Shown: positions 40,860-51,359, counted from the stretch's first letter. The stretch: 64,000 nt of DNA from Acidobacteriota bacterium (GCA_040755995.1 JBFMAF010000037.1:96001-160000), one strand, 5' to 3'. Program-made: numbers and translations. The notes: generated from the sequence alone by a model not told the origin.

Positions 40860-41200
40860 ACGCTGCGCGGATACTTCTTCGAGAGCGAAAGTATCGTCAA
40901 GCGTTGTCGCGCGCATACTACGCGGTGTTCTACGCGGCTGTGGCGGTGTTGGAGTCCAAGGGCATCAGGCGCGCGAAGCATTCGGGGGTTCAGTCCGCAT
41001 TCGGACAGTCATTCGTGAAGGACGGAATCATCGAGCCTGAGTACAGCGACATTTACGCGCGCGTGCGTGAATCGCGCGAGCTGAGTGATTACGAGCGCGG
41101 CTTCGTTCCGCCCGCCGAGCTTGCCACTGAGAAGATTGATGAGGCGGAGAAGTTCGTTGCGCGGATGGAGCGGTATCTGTCGGACGTGGGCGCGGTTTAG
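40799..41200 (+). CDS. HEPN-domain protein (MNT-HEPN pair)
   Basis: SRAYYAVFYA, KHSGV, RELSDY. Confidence 0.85.
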   Translation: MDEASREAIRQDLACSRDELDAARILLRERKYRQALSRAYYAVFYAAVAVLESKGIRRAKHSGVQSAFGQSFVKDGIIEPEYSDIYARVRESRELSDYERGFVPPAELATEKIDEAEKFVARMERYLSDVGAV

Positions 41201-41253
41201 ACGGGCGCGTGGCGGCGCGAATTTCGGCAGTCCAGCCGGCTGAGCGCCAGAAG

Positions 41254-43482
41254 CTACCGCCTGACGATCTCGATCCCGGTGTAATAGCTCTTGAGGATCT
41301 CCCGGTAGTCGGCGCCGCGGAGCGCCATGCCGTAGGCGCCGACCTGGCAGAGTCCGACGCCGTGGCCCCAGCCTTTCCCGGTGAACTGGAAACCTGAAAT
41401 CTTCCCGTCGCCGCCGTAGACGCGGTCGATCAGGAACAGGTTGTCTCTCAGTCCAAGGGCCCAGCGGATCTTGATCCCTCGAAGCACGACGTTTCCTTCG
41501 GTGCCCTTCACTAGAAGCTCGGTAACGCGCTGGGATTCGCCGGTGCCCGTGACCTCGAGGTCGATCAGCCGCCCGTAAGCATAGTTGCGCGCGAGACGCT
41601 TGTCGAGGTCATCGATGGAAGTTCTCACGTCCCAGCGATAGTATTTCGACGCCCGATCGCTTCCGGCTCCGTCCAGAGGATCGATGAAAAGCACTCCGGC
41701 CTCTCCGCTCCCGTTCAGCACGTATCGCACCTGCTCGCCACCGATCAGGACCGCGCGCCGGACCTGAACGGCAGGACTGCCTGAACGGAAGATGGCCATG
41801 TCGGCCGCGGCCTTGCTGTACCTCTGCCCGGTCCCAACCTGGAGCTCCAGGCCCTGTGCCTTCGCACCCAGAAACGTTGCGGCTTGCAGCGGGTTCTCCG
41901 CCGTTTGTACCAAACCGTAGAGGAGTTGAACGAGCTGGCGGCGCGTGGGTGGAGCGTCCGAACCCAGGATCGTCTCGTTGCGAGGAGTCAACCACTTCTC
42001 GTTGAGCACGTATGCGATCGACCTTCGATCCGCCGGATCGATCGAGCCTGCGTCCTGGAAGCTCGACAGCACCAAATCCACATCGCGCGCCGGAATGAGC
42101 ATATCGCGACGCCCCGTCCACCCGAAGCGGGTAAGGACGTATGTCACGAGCGGACCGATTCGATCGATCCCGGTGGGTTCCATGCCCACACCGGTGCGAT
42201 GGCACGCCGCGATCGCCCGCTCGACCCAGCCCGCGATCTCATCCGTGCTAGCGGGCGAATCCAGATCAGCGCCGGCTGCATCCATGACGCCCAGGCACCG
42301 TAAGACGGCCAGCGCCGGGCTCAGGTGATCTTCAAGCGGCTGCAAGCCCGACAGCAGCTCGAACTCCTGAATGCGTTCAGGATAGCACTGGACGGGGCGC
42401 AGGTACGGCGCGCCGCGCCCTTCGAAGACCTTCTCGGCTGCCTCCGTAGAGCCTCCACAGGTGGACGTGTACATCGCGTTGATGAGCTCGCCCTTGTACA
42501 CCGCAACCTCGCCCGCAGTCGCGCGCACCGCTTCGTCCGAGAGCGGATTCTCGCTCGACGCGCCCTCGTACACCTGGCACACAGCCGTGGCGCATATGTC
42601 GTAGCCCTCGAACTGGTCCATGTTCTTCAGCGCATATGTCCTGGCTGCGACCGCCTGCGCCTTCAACGCCTCGAGCTGCGGGAACGACGCGGGCGAGAGC
42701 TCGTTCGGCACCACACCGCGCAGATAGTCCTCGATGTTGAGCACGTTTATCGCACTCAGCCGGCTGCTGCTGTTGACACAGATCTTGAGAACGCCGCGGT
42801 ATCGCTTCGAGCCGATCTGGATCATCGGTTCAGCGGTCGACGGGACGAGGTAGATCGTGCCGTCCTCGACGTGCTCGTAGAGCCGGCGGTTGACTACCAA
42901 CCGGAGTCCCTTCTCGTATGCGCCTCTGTACGATTCCTCCTGCACGAAGCAATCCGGGTACCCATTGGCGGCGAGGAACTCCTGTGCCTTCTCCGCCTCG
43001 GCCTCGCCCGCGAACGGTCCGGCTCGAACGTGGTACACGGGGGACCGGTTGGGGTCGGAAGGCCGTAGCGCGGCGACCTCGTTGACAAACGCCCTGATCG
43101 CAGCGTCCTTCTCGATCTGGCTGGCGACCGCGGCCGCGTCTTCAGCCCTGGCGAACGAGCCGACCTGGACGGAGTAGCGGAGATGGGCCCCCCTCAGGAG
43201 CGCCTCGGCCGACAGCTCCGCATAGATCGGGCCGGAGACCTCACCGAGATACTTCTGCCCCGACGATCCCTGCCACATCTGCACCTTGCCCAGCGCCACG
43301 ACATCCAGGCTCCTGTAATCGGTGCCCAGGCCTACCCGCACGAATGGTTCGTCGAGCTTCCATTGCGTGGGCGGCGCAGCGGGTTGCGGTTTGACACTAG
43401 GCGGCCCGCATGATTGTGATCCCAACAAGAGTACGCCGCCCGCCAGTCCGACGAGCGGCGAATATCTGAAAAAGAAACGCAT
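41254..43482 (-). CDS. SpoIID/LytB-domain lipoprotein with SPOR domain
   Basis: YSVQVGSF (SPOR); EDYLRGVVPNE, EALKAQAVAARTYA, GWGHGVGLCQVGA. Confidence 0.9.
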   Translation of the reverse strand: MRFFFRYSPLVGLAGGVLLLGSQSCGPPSVKPQPAAPPTQWKLDEPFVRVGLGTDYRSLDVVALGKVQMWQGSSGQKYLGEVSGPIYAELSAEALLRGAHLRYSVQVGSFARAEDAAAVASQIEKDAAIRAFVNEVAALRPSDPNRSPVYHVRAGPFAGEAEAEKAQEFLAANGYPDCFVQEESYRGAYEKGLRLVVNRRLYEHVEDGTIYLVPSTAEPMIQIGSKRYRGVLKICVNSSSRLSAINVLNIEDYLRGVVPNELSPASFPQLEALKAQAVAARTYALKNMDQFEGYDICATAVCQVYEGASSENPLSDEAVRATAGEVAVYKGELINAMYTSTCGGSTEAAEKVFEGRGAPYLRPVQCYPERIQEFELLSGLQPLEDHLSPALAVLRCLGVMDAAGADLDSPASTDEIAGWVERAIAACHRTGVGMEPTGIDRIGPLVTYVLTRFGWTGRRDMLIPARDVDLVLSSFQDAGSIDPADRRSIAYVLNEKWLTPRNETILGSDAPPTRRQLVQLLYGLVQTAENPLQAATFLGAKAQGLELQVGTGQRYSKAAADMAIFRSGSPAVQVRRAVLIGGEQVRYVLNGSGEAGVLFIDPLDGAGSDRASKYYRWDVRTSIDDLDKRLARNYAYGRLIDLEVTGTGESQRVTELLVKGTEGNVVLRGIKIRWALGLRDNLFLIDRVYGGDGKISGFQFTGKGWGHGVGLCQVGAYGMALRGADYREILKSYYTGIEIVRR

Positions 43483-43485
43483 TTG

Positions 43486-44505
43486 TCAGTCCTCTGGATA
43501 CAGGTTGTAGTAGAAGGTGAATCGAGCGGGCAGATTGGCCCTCGGGAACCCCTTGGGCAGCGGAGGCAGCGGGTGCGACGACCGGATGGCGTTCAGAGCT
43601 GCGGAGTCCATGCTGATGATGTCGCTCGAACGCTGGACCTCCGAAAAGCTGATGCTCCCGTCCTTCTCGATCACCAGCTCGATCGCGACGATTCCTTTCA
43701 TGCCCATGTAGGCGGCCGTCGGGATGACCCAGTTGCTCTTCACCTTCAGCTTCACCAGCTCGGCCCACTCGCTGAGGTCGAACCCGCCGCTGTCGAAGGC
43801 GAACGAGGCGTCGCCCGAGAGGAGACGCGAAGAGGTCGTCCCGGGCCCTGTACCGCGGCCGGAGCCCTGTGGCAAGTACTTGCCGAGATTGTCGAGCGAT
43901 GAGCTGAACGGCCTGTCGCCGCGCCCGGATGGGGCAACGAGCCTCTCGCCCGGAGCGAGAGGCGACTCACGATCTTTCTGCGCCTCAGTCGACTTGGGTG
44001 GCGGGGGCGGTGGAGGCGGCTGGCCCCCAGGCATGTCGGACGGTGTTGCGGAACTCGGAGGCGCCGGAGGCAGGCCCGCCTGATTACGATCGGTCCTGGG
44101 ACCGGGCTTCTGAAAACGGAGCGGCGGCAACGGCTCTCGCGGCTTCACCTCCGGGGCGGGCCGCTTCAGATGGAGCACCAGCGCACCCTTCTGCGGCTCC
44201 GGCACTGCGCGCGGTCTCATTTGCAGTATTGCGGCGAATAGAATCGCATGCACCAGAACCGAAATGAGCAGGAACTTCTCCTGGCGCGTGGCCCGCGTCC
44301 TGCCTCCCCGTTCATCCTGCAAACGCCGGAGCGTAGACCGCGTCCATACTGCTCCCGTGAACAGCTCAGTATCATCATCGCTCTTCGATGCGATTCGTTC
44401 TTCACGCTGCCTGGCGGGCGGCCGATCGGTGCCGGACTCTGCACCAGCCGTCGTCTTGCCCGCATGCGTACCGGTAGACGACCAGCGAGCACCCTGCCCG
44501 GGCAT
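43486..44505 (-). CDS. TonB/TolA-type energy transducer (start uncertain, possibly TTG at 44322)
   Basis: SVLVH TM motif, Pro-rich linker, C-terminal VKSNW...IEKDG...SS...MDSAALNAI. Confidence 0.8.
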   Translation of the reverse strand: MPGQGARWSSTGTHAGKTTAGAESGTDRPPARQREERIASKSDDDTELFTGAVWTRSTLRRLQDERGGRTRATRQEKFLLISVLVHAILFAAILQMRPRAVPEPQKGALVLHLKRPAPEVKPREPLPPLRFQKPGPRTDRNQAGLPPAPPSSATPSDMPGGQPPPPPPPPKSTEAQKDRESPLAPGERLVAPSGRGDRPFSSSLDNLGKYLPQGSGRGTGPGTTSSRLLSGDASFAFDSGGFDLSEWAELVKLKVKSNWVIPTAAYMGMKGIVAIELVIEKDGSISFSEVQRSSDIISMDSAALNAIRSSHPLPPLPKGFPRANLPARFTFYYNLYPED

Positions 44506-44598
44506 CGAATTCGCCTGATCTCGCCCGAGGGTCAGCGACCCAAGGGCTTGATGGTCTGGACCTCCGCGCCGCCTAGGCTCTGTAGCTCTGCTCTCGCC

Positions 44599-45453
44599 CT
44601 ACTTGAAGAAGATCGTGAAGATCTGCACGCCCAGTTCGCGCTGATCTGTAGATCCCGGGACCATCTTCGCCGGCACGAACGTCTTGTCAGTCGATATGCG
44701 AATCTGGATCAAGTCTTCGGACCCCAATTGGTCGGCCGGGATCTGGTAGTACTTGGCGAATTCCGCCTCCTTCGGGACGAACTCCTCAATCAGGTTGTTC
44801 GCGATCTCGAGGCGGACCTTCTGGTCCGACACTACGTCCTTGTTGACCAGACCCTTGATATAGAGGATGGCGTTCTTCTTGGGGTTTCTCACGACGGCCA
44901 CAGCCTGCGGTCCAGTCCAACGCCATTTCTGGGTCATCTGCGGATTGGACTCCTCAGGGTTCCATCCCTCGGTGTACTGGATCTTCTCGGGTCCCTTCGG
45001 GTTGTATTTCAGGCTAAGATCCTTCTCGATGACGCGGTAGTTGGGCCCCTGCGGGTCGGCGGCATCATGAAGTCCCAATACGAGCCTTACCGGGATGCTC
45101 TCGTCGTCCGTGTCCGTGCGGACTATCGCCGGAATCAGGAACAGACGCGTATAGTTGACATCGTAGCCCTCCCTCCACTGAGAGGTGGGCAGCTCCGGAC
45201 GATGGTCATCCTGGAACAGAATCTTGTTGTTCCGATCCAGAAAATGGACGTAGACCTGCAGGTCCTTGGGGATGGGCTTGAATCCCGGGTCGAGTTTCCA
45301 GTGGTAGGTGACGTTGGACAGCGAGTTATCTTCTATCTCCGCGGGATTGAAATCCACGGTGACCGTTGCCTTGATCTGAGGCTTTGGCTTGCAGGATACG
45401 GCCAGCAACACCACACCAATCAGCCCTAGAACCTGAACACCTCTTCTTCTCAT
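44599..45453 (-). CDS. Hypothetical lipoprotein with beta-sandwich domains
   Basis: GGAGGTG RBS; lipobox AVSC; VYVHF..D...QDDH; WRWTG; DQRELG. Confidence 0.75.
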   Translation of the reverse strand: MRRRGVQVLGLIGVVLLAVSCKPKPQIKATVTVDFNPAEIEDNSLSNVTYHWKLDPGFKPIPKDLQVYVHFLDRNNKILFQDDHRPELPTSQWREGYDVNYTRLFLIPAIVRTDTDDESIPVRLVLGLHDAADPQGPNYRVIEKDLSLKYNPKGPEKIQYTEGWNPEESNPQMTQKWRWTGPQAVAVVRNPKKNAILYIKGLVNKDVVSDQKVRLEIANNLIEEFVPKEAEFAKYYQIPADQLGSEDLIQIRISTDKTFVPAKMVPGSTDQRELGVQIFTIFFK

Positions 45454-45619
45454 GTGTTCACACCTCCTGTTCAAAAGCGTGGATCATATGCCTCCGAGGC
45501 CCGTGTGTCAAGCCGCGCGCGCCCCGTCTCGCGCATGAGCGCCGGGCCGCCCGCAATTCCTACGCCGCAATAGGCCGATGCGATGATAGGAACGCGTGTC
45601 CAGCGCAACGATCAACCCC

Positions 45620-45656
45620 AAAAAATTCTTGACAGGTTATGCGCCCCAGGTAGAAT
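45620..45656 (+). promoter_or_regulatory. Strong sigma70 promoter of the dsr operon
   Basis: A-tract followed by TTGACA (45629), 16 nt spacer, TAGAAT (45651). Confidence 0.65.
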
Positions 45657-45780
45657 GGGTGACTCGATGCGGAAAGGGGCGACGCAAGAATTGGGACGCA
45701 GTACTGTGCAGGCTCAGAGGATCGGGACGGGTGGTGCGCGTGGCTCCCTGGAGCGTCCCGGCGGATCCTGAGCGAAGCCC

Positions 45781-46326
45781 GTGGGACTGCAGGCCTGGCT
45801 CACCGAAAGGCGAGCCGCGATTCTGCTGAGATGGCACCGCCACCTCCTGGAGTCCTACCCGCAGGATTTCGTGAGATTCCTGGACCAGGAGAAGGACCGG
45901 TTTCGCAACCCGGTCGGGCACGTGCTCGCGCAGGCCATCGAAGCTCTATGGGACGGGCTCCTCGGCGGCGCGCGCGCCACTGACCTGCGAACGGCGGTGG
46001 ACGGCCTGGTCCGCGTCCGCGCGGTCCAGGATTTCTCTGCATCACAGGCCGTGGGCTTCGTATTCGGACTGAAGCAGATCATCCGGTCCCAGCCTGACCT
46101 GCAATTACAGGACGCAGCATTTGTCCGAGAGCTGTTCGAGTTCGAGTCGCGAATCGATGAGATCGGATTCCTGGCCTTCGATATCTACATGGAGTGCCGG
46201 GAGAAGACGTACGCAATCAAGGCGGAGGAGATGAAGCGGCGAACCTACAAGCTGCTGGAGAGAATGAACCGGATCTACCCTGACCTCGACAAGGACTTAT
46301 CACCCCCATCTGATAGCTCAACATAG
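45781..46326 (+). CDS. dsrT: DsrT (RsbRD N-terminal-domain protein)
   Basis: DRFRNPVG, VRVRAVQDFSASQAVGFVFGLK, AFDIYMECREK; immediately upstream of dsrM. Confidence 0.85.
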   Translation: MGLQAWLTERRAAILLRWHRHLLESYPQDFVRFLDQEKDRFRNPVGHVLAQAIEALWDGLLGGARATDLRTAVDGLVRVRAVQDFSASQAVGFVFGLKQIIRSQPDLQLQDAAFVRELFEFESRIDEIGFLAFDIYMECREKTYAIKAEEMKRRTYKLLERMNRIYPDLDKDLSPPSDSST

Positions 46327-46343
46327 AAGCGAGGAGTTAGCCG

Positions 46344-47345
46344 ATGAAGATCTTGTATTCGTTCATCGCGGTCGTTGCCCTGGTGCTGCTCGCATGGTTG
46401 GGCGCGGGTGTGGCACAACTGAGCGTCTTCTTCGGAGTCGTGATTCCCTATGCCGCTGCAATCATCTTCATTGTCGGCGTAGTGTATCGCGTCCTGAAGT
46501 GGGCGCGCTCACCCGTGCCGTTCCGTATCCCTACTACCTGCGGGCAGCAGAAATCACTGCCGTGGATCAAGTCGAGTTACCTGGAGAGTCCGCACAACAC
46601 CCTGGGTGTCGTTGGGCGGATGGCTTTGGAGATCCTGACCTTCCGTTCGCTGTTCAGGAACACCAAAGCCGAGCTGAAGGAAGGTCCCAGGCTGGTATAC
46701 GGAGCGGACAAGTTTCTGTGGGCCGGAGCCCTGGCCTTCCACTACTCGTTCCTCGTCGTCTTTCTGCGTCACTACCGGTTCTTCACCGAACCCGTACCGG
46801 CGTTCGTGGCGCTGCTCCAGAACATCGACGGATTCTTCCAGGTAGGTGTACCGGCCCTTTACGTCACAAACATCGTCATCGTGGCCGCACTGGGATACCT
46901 GTTCCTCAGACGGCTTGCGAATCCGCAGGTCCGCTACATCTCCCTTGTGGCCGACTACTTCGCGCTGTTCCTGCTGCTAGGAGTGGCCGTCTCGGGAATC
47001 CTGATGCGGTACTTCTACAAAGTCGACATCGTGGCCGTGAAAGAGCTGGTCATGGGGCTGATGGGCCTCAAGCCGGCCGTTCCCGCGGGCATCGGCGCCA
47101 TTCTCTATGTCCATCTGTTCCTGGTCAGCGTGCTGTGGGCGTACTTCCCGTTCAGCAAGCTGATGCACATGGCGGGTGTTTTCCTGAGCCCGACGAGGAA
47201 TCTGGCCAACAACAACCGCATGGTAAGACACATCAATCCGTGGAACCCCCCGGTGAAGGTCCACACTTACGAGGAGTGGGAGGACGAGTTCAGGGATCTG
47301 ATGAAGCACGCGCACTACAAGCCGGAAGCATTTGAGAAGGAGTGA
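46344..47345 (+). CDS. dsrM: DsrM, membrane b-type cytochrome (NarI-like)
   Basis: SPVPFRIPTTCGQ, FRSLFRN, AFHYS, YFPFSKLMH, PTRN. Confidence 0.93.
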   Translation: MKILYSFIAVVALVLLAWLGAGVAQLSVFFGVVIPYAAAIIFIVGVVYRVLKWARSPVPFRIPTTCGQQKSLPWIKSSYLESPHNTLGVVGRMALEILTFRSLFRNTKAELKEGPRLVYGADKFLWAGALAFHYSFLVVFLRHYRFFTEPVPAFVALLQNIDGFFQVGVPALYVTNIVIVAALGYLFLRRLANPQVRYISLVADYFALFLLLGVAVSGILMRYFYKVDIVAVKELVMGLMGLKPAVPAGIGAILYVHLFLVSVLWAYFPFSKLMHMAGVFLSPTRNLANNNRMVRHINPWNPPVKVHTYEEWEDEFRDLMKHAHYKPEAFEKE

Positions 47346-47347
47346 CC

Positions 47348-48955
47348 ATGTCGAAGATGCAGACTCCTGAACAACTAGCGAAAATCGACTACCAGCCGCC
47401 CAAGCGCGACTGGATGGACACAAAACCCGAATTCCGGAAGGGAACCTACTGCTACAGCGGCCTCCACTCGAAGCTGGAGTACCTGGAGCAGCCCAATCCG
47501 CGTGAGTGGCAGCCGCACGACGCCGACTGGAAGCTGCCGCCGAACTGGCAGGAGATCGTCCTGAAGGGATTCGGCGACCGGCTCAGCAAGTACCGTTCGC
47601 TGCAGCTCTTCATGGACATCTGCGTCAGGTGCGGTGCGTGCGCCGACAAGTGCCATTTCTACGCCGGGTCGGGCGACCCCAAGAACATGCCGGTGCTTCG
47701 AGCCGAGCTCCTGCGCTCGGTCTACAGGAAGCACTTCACGAACGCCGGCAAGATGCTGGGCAGGCTCGCGGGCGCGAGAGAGCTCACCCTCGACGTATTG
47801 AAAGAGTGGTTCTACTACTTCTATCAATGCACGGAGTGCCGGCGCTGCTCGGTGTTCTGCCCGTACGGAATCGACACGGCGGATATCACCATGATGGGTC
47901 GTGAGCTGCTCAACCTGGTCGGGTGCAACATCAACTGGGTCATGGAGCCGGTCGCGAATTGCTTCCGCACCGGCAACCACCTCGGCATCCAACCACACGC
48001 GTTCAAGGACAACGTGGATTTCGCCGCGCAGGACCTGGAGGAGATCACGGGGGTGCATGTTGAGGCGCCCATCAGCAAGAAGGGCGCCGAGGTGCTGGTC
48101 GTAGTACCTTCTGCGGACTACTTCGGCAATCCCCACTATTACACCTTCCTCGGCTATCTCGCGCTCTTCCACGAAATAGGACTCAGCTATACCTTCACGC
48201 CGTTCGCTTCCGAAGGCGGCAACTTCGGCCTGTTCGTATCCAGTGAGCTGATGAAGAGGCTCAACGCGAAGATCTACGCCGAGGCCAAACGGCTGAAGGT
48301 CAAGTGGATCATCGGCGCCGAGTGCGGCCACATGTGGCGCGTACTCCATCAGTATATGGATACCATGAACGGCCCGGCCGACTTCCTCGAAGTGCCAAAG
48401 TCGCCGATCACCGGTACGGTCTTCGAGAACGCCGCTTCGACCAAGATGGTCCACATCTCGGAGTTCACCGCGGACCTCATCAAGCACGGGAAGCTGAAGC
48501 TCGACCCGAGCCGGAACGACCACCTGAAGGTGACGTACCACGATTCGTGCAACCCGGCGCGCGCGATGGGACTGCTGGACGAGCCGCGCTACATCCTCAA
48601 GAGCGTCTGCAACAGTTTCTACGAGATGCCCGAAAACACGATCCGCGAACAGACGTTCTGCTGCGGCAGCGGCTCGGGGCTCGGCACCGACGAGAACCTG
48701 GAGATGAGGCTGCGCGGCGGCTTCCCGCGGGCCAACGCCGTGAAGTACGTTCACGACGTCCACGGCGTCAACATGCTGACCTGCATGTGCGCCATCGACA
48801 AGGCCACACTGGTACCGCTCCTGGAGTACTGGGTCCCGGGAGTCGACGTCGCCGGCGTCCACGAGCTGGTCGGCAATGCGCTCGTGATGAAAGGCGAGAA
48901 GGAACGCGACACCGACTTGCGCCAGAACCCGCTCGCTGGAAAGGAGGGCAAGTAG
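47348..48955 (+). CDS. dsrK: DsrK, Fe-S / CCG-domain subunit
   Basis: CVRCGACADKC, CTECRRCSVFCPYGID, ECGHMWR, HDSCN, CCGSG. Confidence 0.95.
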   Translation: MSKMQTPEQLAKIDYQPPKRDWMDTKPEFRKGTYCYSGLHSKLEYLEQPNPREWQPHDADWKLPPNWQEIVLKGFGDRLSKYRSLQLFMDICVRCGACADKCHFYAGSGDPKNMPVLRAELLRSVYRKHFTNAGKMLGRLAGARELTLDVLKEWFYYFYQCTECRRCSVFCPYGIDTADITMMGRELLNLVGCNINWVMEPVANCFRTGNHLGIQPHAFKDNVDFAAQDLEEITGVHVEAPISKKGAEVLVVVPSADYFGNPHYYTFLGYLALFHEIGLSYTFTPFASEGGNFGLFVSSELMKRLNAKIYAEAKRLKVKWIIGAECGHMWRVLHQYMDTMNGPADFLEVPKSPITGTVFENAASTKMVHISEFTADLIKHGKLKLDPSRNDHLKVTYHDSCNPARAMGLLDEPRYILKSVCNSFYEMPENTIREQTFCCGSGSGLGTDENLEMRLRGGFPRANAVKYVHDVHGVNMLTCMCAIDKATLVPLLEYWVPGVDVAGVHELVGNALVMKGEKERDTDLRQNPLAGKEGK

Positions 48956-49339
48956 ATGTACGACGCTGGAAAGATCGTTCCCGGTCTGGTCATCTTCCTC
49001 GCCCTGGTCACACTTCCCTTCTGGTACAACGCCGCGATGGGAAAGACCGCCTACAAGCCCGAGCCCAAGCTTCCCACGACCGAGAAGCAGTGCATTGAGA
49101 GCCGCGAGGTGATGATCGATACCCACATGGACATGATCTACCAGTGGAGGGACAAGGTGGTCCGCGAGGGCCAGCGCGACCACACGGCCTCCGATGGGAA
49201 GGTCTACAAGATGAGCCTCACGGGCACGTGCATGAAGTGCCACACCAGCAAGGTGCAGTTCTGCGATCAGTGCCACAACTACATGGATGTGAAACCTTAT
49301 TGCTGGGACTGTCACAACGCGCCCAAGGAGAACCAGTAA
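48956..49339 (+). CDS. dsrJ: DsrJ, triheme cytochrome c
   Basis: Three CxxCH motifs (CMKCH, CDQCH, CWDCH); WRDKVVR. Confidence 0.95.
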   Translation: MYDAGKIVPGLVIFLALVTLPFWYNAAMGKTAYKPEPKLPTTEKQCIESREVMIDTHMDMIYQWRDKVVREGQRDHTASDGKVYKMSLTGTCMKCHTSKVQFCDQCHNYMDVKPYCWDCHNAPKENQ

Positions 49340-50115
49340 TGAGCATCGACAGAAGACGTTTCCTGAAGATAGCCGGACTTACCGGTGTCGCTGGGCTCGC
49401 CATCAAGCGGGGGAGCGACGTGCTGTTGAGCGAGGAGCTGCCCGGTGCTTCGACACAACCGGCACAGCTCACAGCCAGGCGCTGGGCCATGGTGATCGAT
49501 CCGAAGAAGTGCCTGGAGAAGCCGGGCTGCACCGACTGCATCAAGGCGTGCCACTACTACCACAACGTGCCATCCATGGCGAACCCGAAGGACGAGATCA
49601 AGTGGATCTGGGAGGAGCCGTTCGAGCACGCGTTCCTGGACCAGGAAAACGAGTTCGCGCCGGAAAGTCTGAAGGAGCGGCCGATACTGGTCTTCTGCAA
49701 CCACTGCGACAAGCCGCCCTGCGTCCGGGTCTGCCCGACGAAAGCCACCTGGAAGCGTGAAGACGGCATCGTCATGATGGACTGGCACCGCTGCATCGGG
49801 TGCAGATACTGCATGGTCGCCTGCCCCTACGGATCGCGAAGCTTCAACTGGCGCGATCCCCGGCCGTTCGTCAAGGAGGTCTACCTCGACTTCCCGACGC
49901 GGACGCGAGGTGTGGTGGAGAAATGCAACTTCTGCGAAGAGCGCCTGGCCAAAGGCTTGCTCCCCGCCTGCGTCGATGCATGCAAGCAGAAGGCGCTGGT
50001 GTTCGGGGACCTGGAGGAGGAGCACTCGGAGGTGCGCGAGCTCCTGCGCGCGCGCTTCAGCATCCGCCGCAAGCCGATCCTGGGGACCTCCCCTCAACTC
50101 TACTACCTAGTATGA
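49339..50115 (+). CDS. dsrO: DsrO, Tat-exported ferredoxin-type subunit
   Basis: RRRFLK Tat signal; CNHCDKPPCVRVCP, CIGCRYCMVACP, KCNFC; TAATG overlap with dsrJ. Confidence 0.93.
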   Translation: MSIDRRRFLKIAGLTGVAGLAIKRGSDVLLSEELPGASTQPAQLTARRWAMVIDPKKCLEKPGCTDCIKACHYYHNVPSMANPKDEIKWIWEEPFEHAFLDQENEFAPESLKERPILVFCNHCDKPPCVRVCPTKATWKREDGIVMMDWHRCIGCRYCMVACPYGSRSFNWRDPRPFVKEVYLDFPTRTRGVVEKCNFCEERLAKGLLPACVDACKQKALVFGDLEEEHSEVRELLRARFSIRRKPILGTSPQLYYLV

Positions 50116-50122
50116 GGAGCCC

Positions 50123-51295
50123 ATGTTAGAAAAAGCACTCAAAGGTGACCGTCGTTACTGGACCTGGATTTTCGCCCTGCTGGTCGTCATCGGCATCGGG
50201 TTCCTCTGCTACCTGTACCAGCTGAAGAACGGCCTGGGCATCACCGGCCTGAACCGTGATGTGACATGGGGCTTCTACATTGCTCAGTTCACCTTCCTGG
50301 TCGGCGTCGCCGCCTCCGCCGTCATGGTTGTTCTGCCGTACTACCTGCACAACGCGAAGGCGTTCGGCAAGCTCACGATCCTTGGCGAGTTTCTGGCTAT
50401 ATCCGCCGTCGCGATGTGCTCGTTGTTCATCTTCGTAGACATGGGGCAGCCGTTCAGGGTTCTCAACATCATGCTGCATCCCACGCCGAACTCGCTGATG
50501 TTCTGGGACATGATCAGCCTGATGGGATACCTCGTCCTGAACGTGATCATCAGCCGCATCACGCTTGACGCAGAGAAGAAGGGCCTTGCGCCGCCGGCTT
50601 GGATCAAGCCCATCATCATCCTCTCGATCCCGTGGGCTGTCAGCATCCACACGGTCACGGCCTTCCTGTATTCGGGCCTGGCCGCGCGACCCTTCTGGAT
50701 GACTGCGATTCTCGCCCCTCGGTTCCTCGCATCCGCGTTCTCGTCCGGTCCTTCGCTGCTTGTCCTGATGTGCCTGATCATCCGGAAGATCACGAAATTC
50801 GACCCCGGCAAGGAGCCGATCCAGAAGCTCGGAATCATCATCACCTACGCGATGACGATCAACGTGTTCTTCGTGCTCATGGAGTTCTTCACGGCGCTCT
50901 ACAGCAAGATGCCCGAGCATGTCAGCCACTTCGAGTACCTCTACTTCGGGCTCGAGGGCCGAGCGCGCCTGGTGCCCTGGATGTGGACATCGGCGGCACT
51001 GTCTATCCTGGCCCTGATTCTCCTGCTCAATCCCAAGACCAGGCACCAGGAGAAGTTCCTCGCCACGGCCTGCGTCGCGGTCTTCATCGCCATCTGGATC
51101 GAGAAGGGCCTCGGCATGGTGGTCACGGGCTTCATCCCGTCGCCGCTCGGCAACGTCACCGAGTACTGGCCGACCGCCCCGGAGCTCGGCATCAGCTTCG
51201 GCGTCTACGCCATCGGCTTCCTCCTGATCACAGTCTTCTACAAGATCGCGATTTCGGTGCGTGAGGAGCTCGGCGGAGTCGAAGTGGCCCACTGA
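50123..51295 (+). CDS. dsrP: DsrP, NrfD-family membrane subunit
   Basis: WGFYIAQFTFLVGVAASA, SIPWAVSIHTVTAF, APRFLASAF. Confidence 0.93.
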   Translation: MLEKALKGDRRYWTWIFALLVVIGIGFLCYLYQLKNGLGITGLNRDVTWGFYIAQFTFLVGVAASAVMVVLPYYLHNAKAFGKLTILGEFLAISAVAMCSLFIFVDMGQPFRVLNIMLHPTPNSLMFWDMISLMGYLVLNVIISRITLDAEKKGLAPPAWIKPIIILSIPWAVSIHTVTAFLYSGLAARPFWMTAILAPRFLASAFSSGPSLLVLMCLIIRKITKFDPGKEPIQKLGIIITYAMTINVFFVLMEFFTALYSKMPEHVSHFEYLYFGLEGRARLVPWMWTSAALSILALILLLNPKTRHQEKFLATACVAVFIAIWIEKGLGMVVTGFIPSPLGNVTEYWPTAPELGISFGVYAIGFLLITVFYKIAISVREELGGVEVAH

Positions 51296-51327
51296 CAAGG
51301 AGGGGAAAAGCGAAAGGGTCAAGGGGA

Positions 51328-51359
51328 AAGGGACGGGATCGAGCAGAGGATCCGTCCCT
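51328..51359. terminator. Hairpin between convergent dsrP and the glycan operon
   Basis: AGGGACGGGATC-N8-GATCCGTCCCT. Confidence 0.5.
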
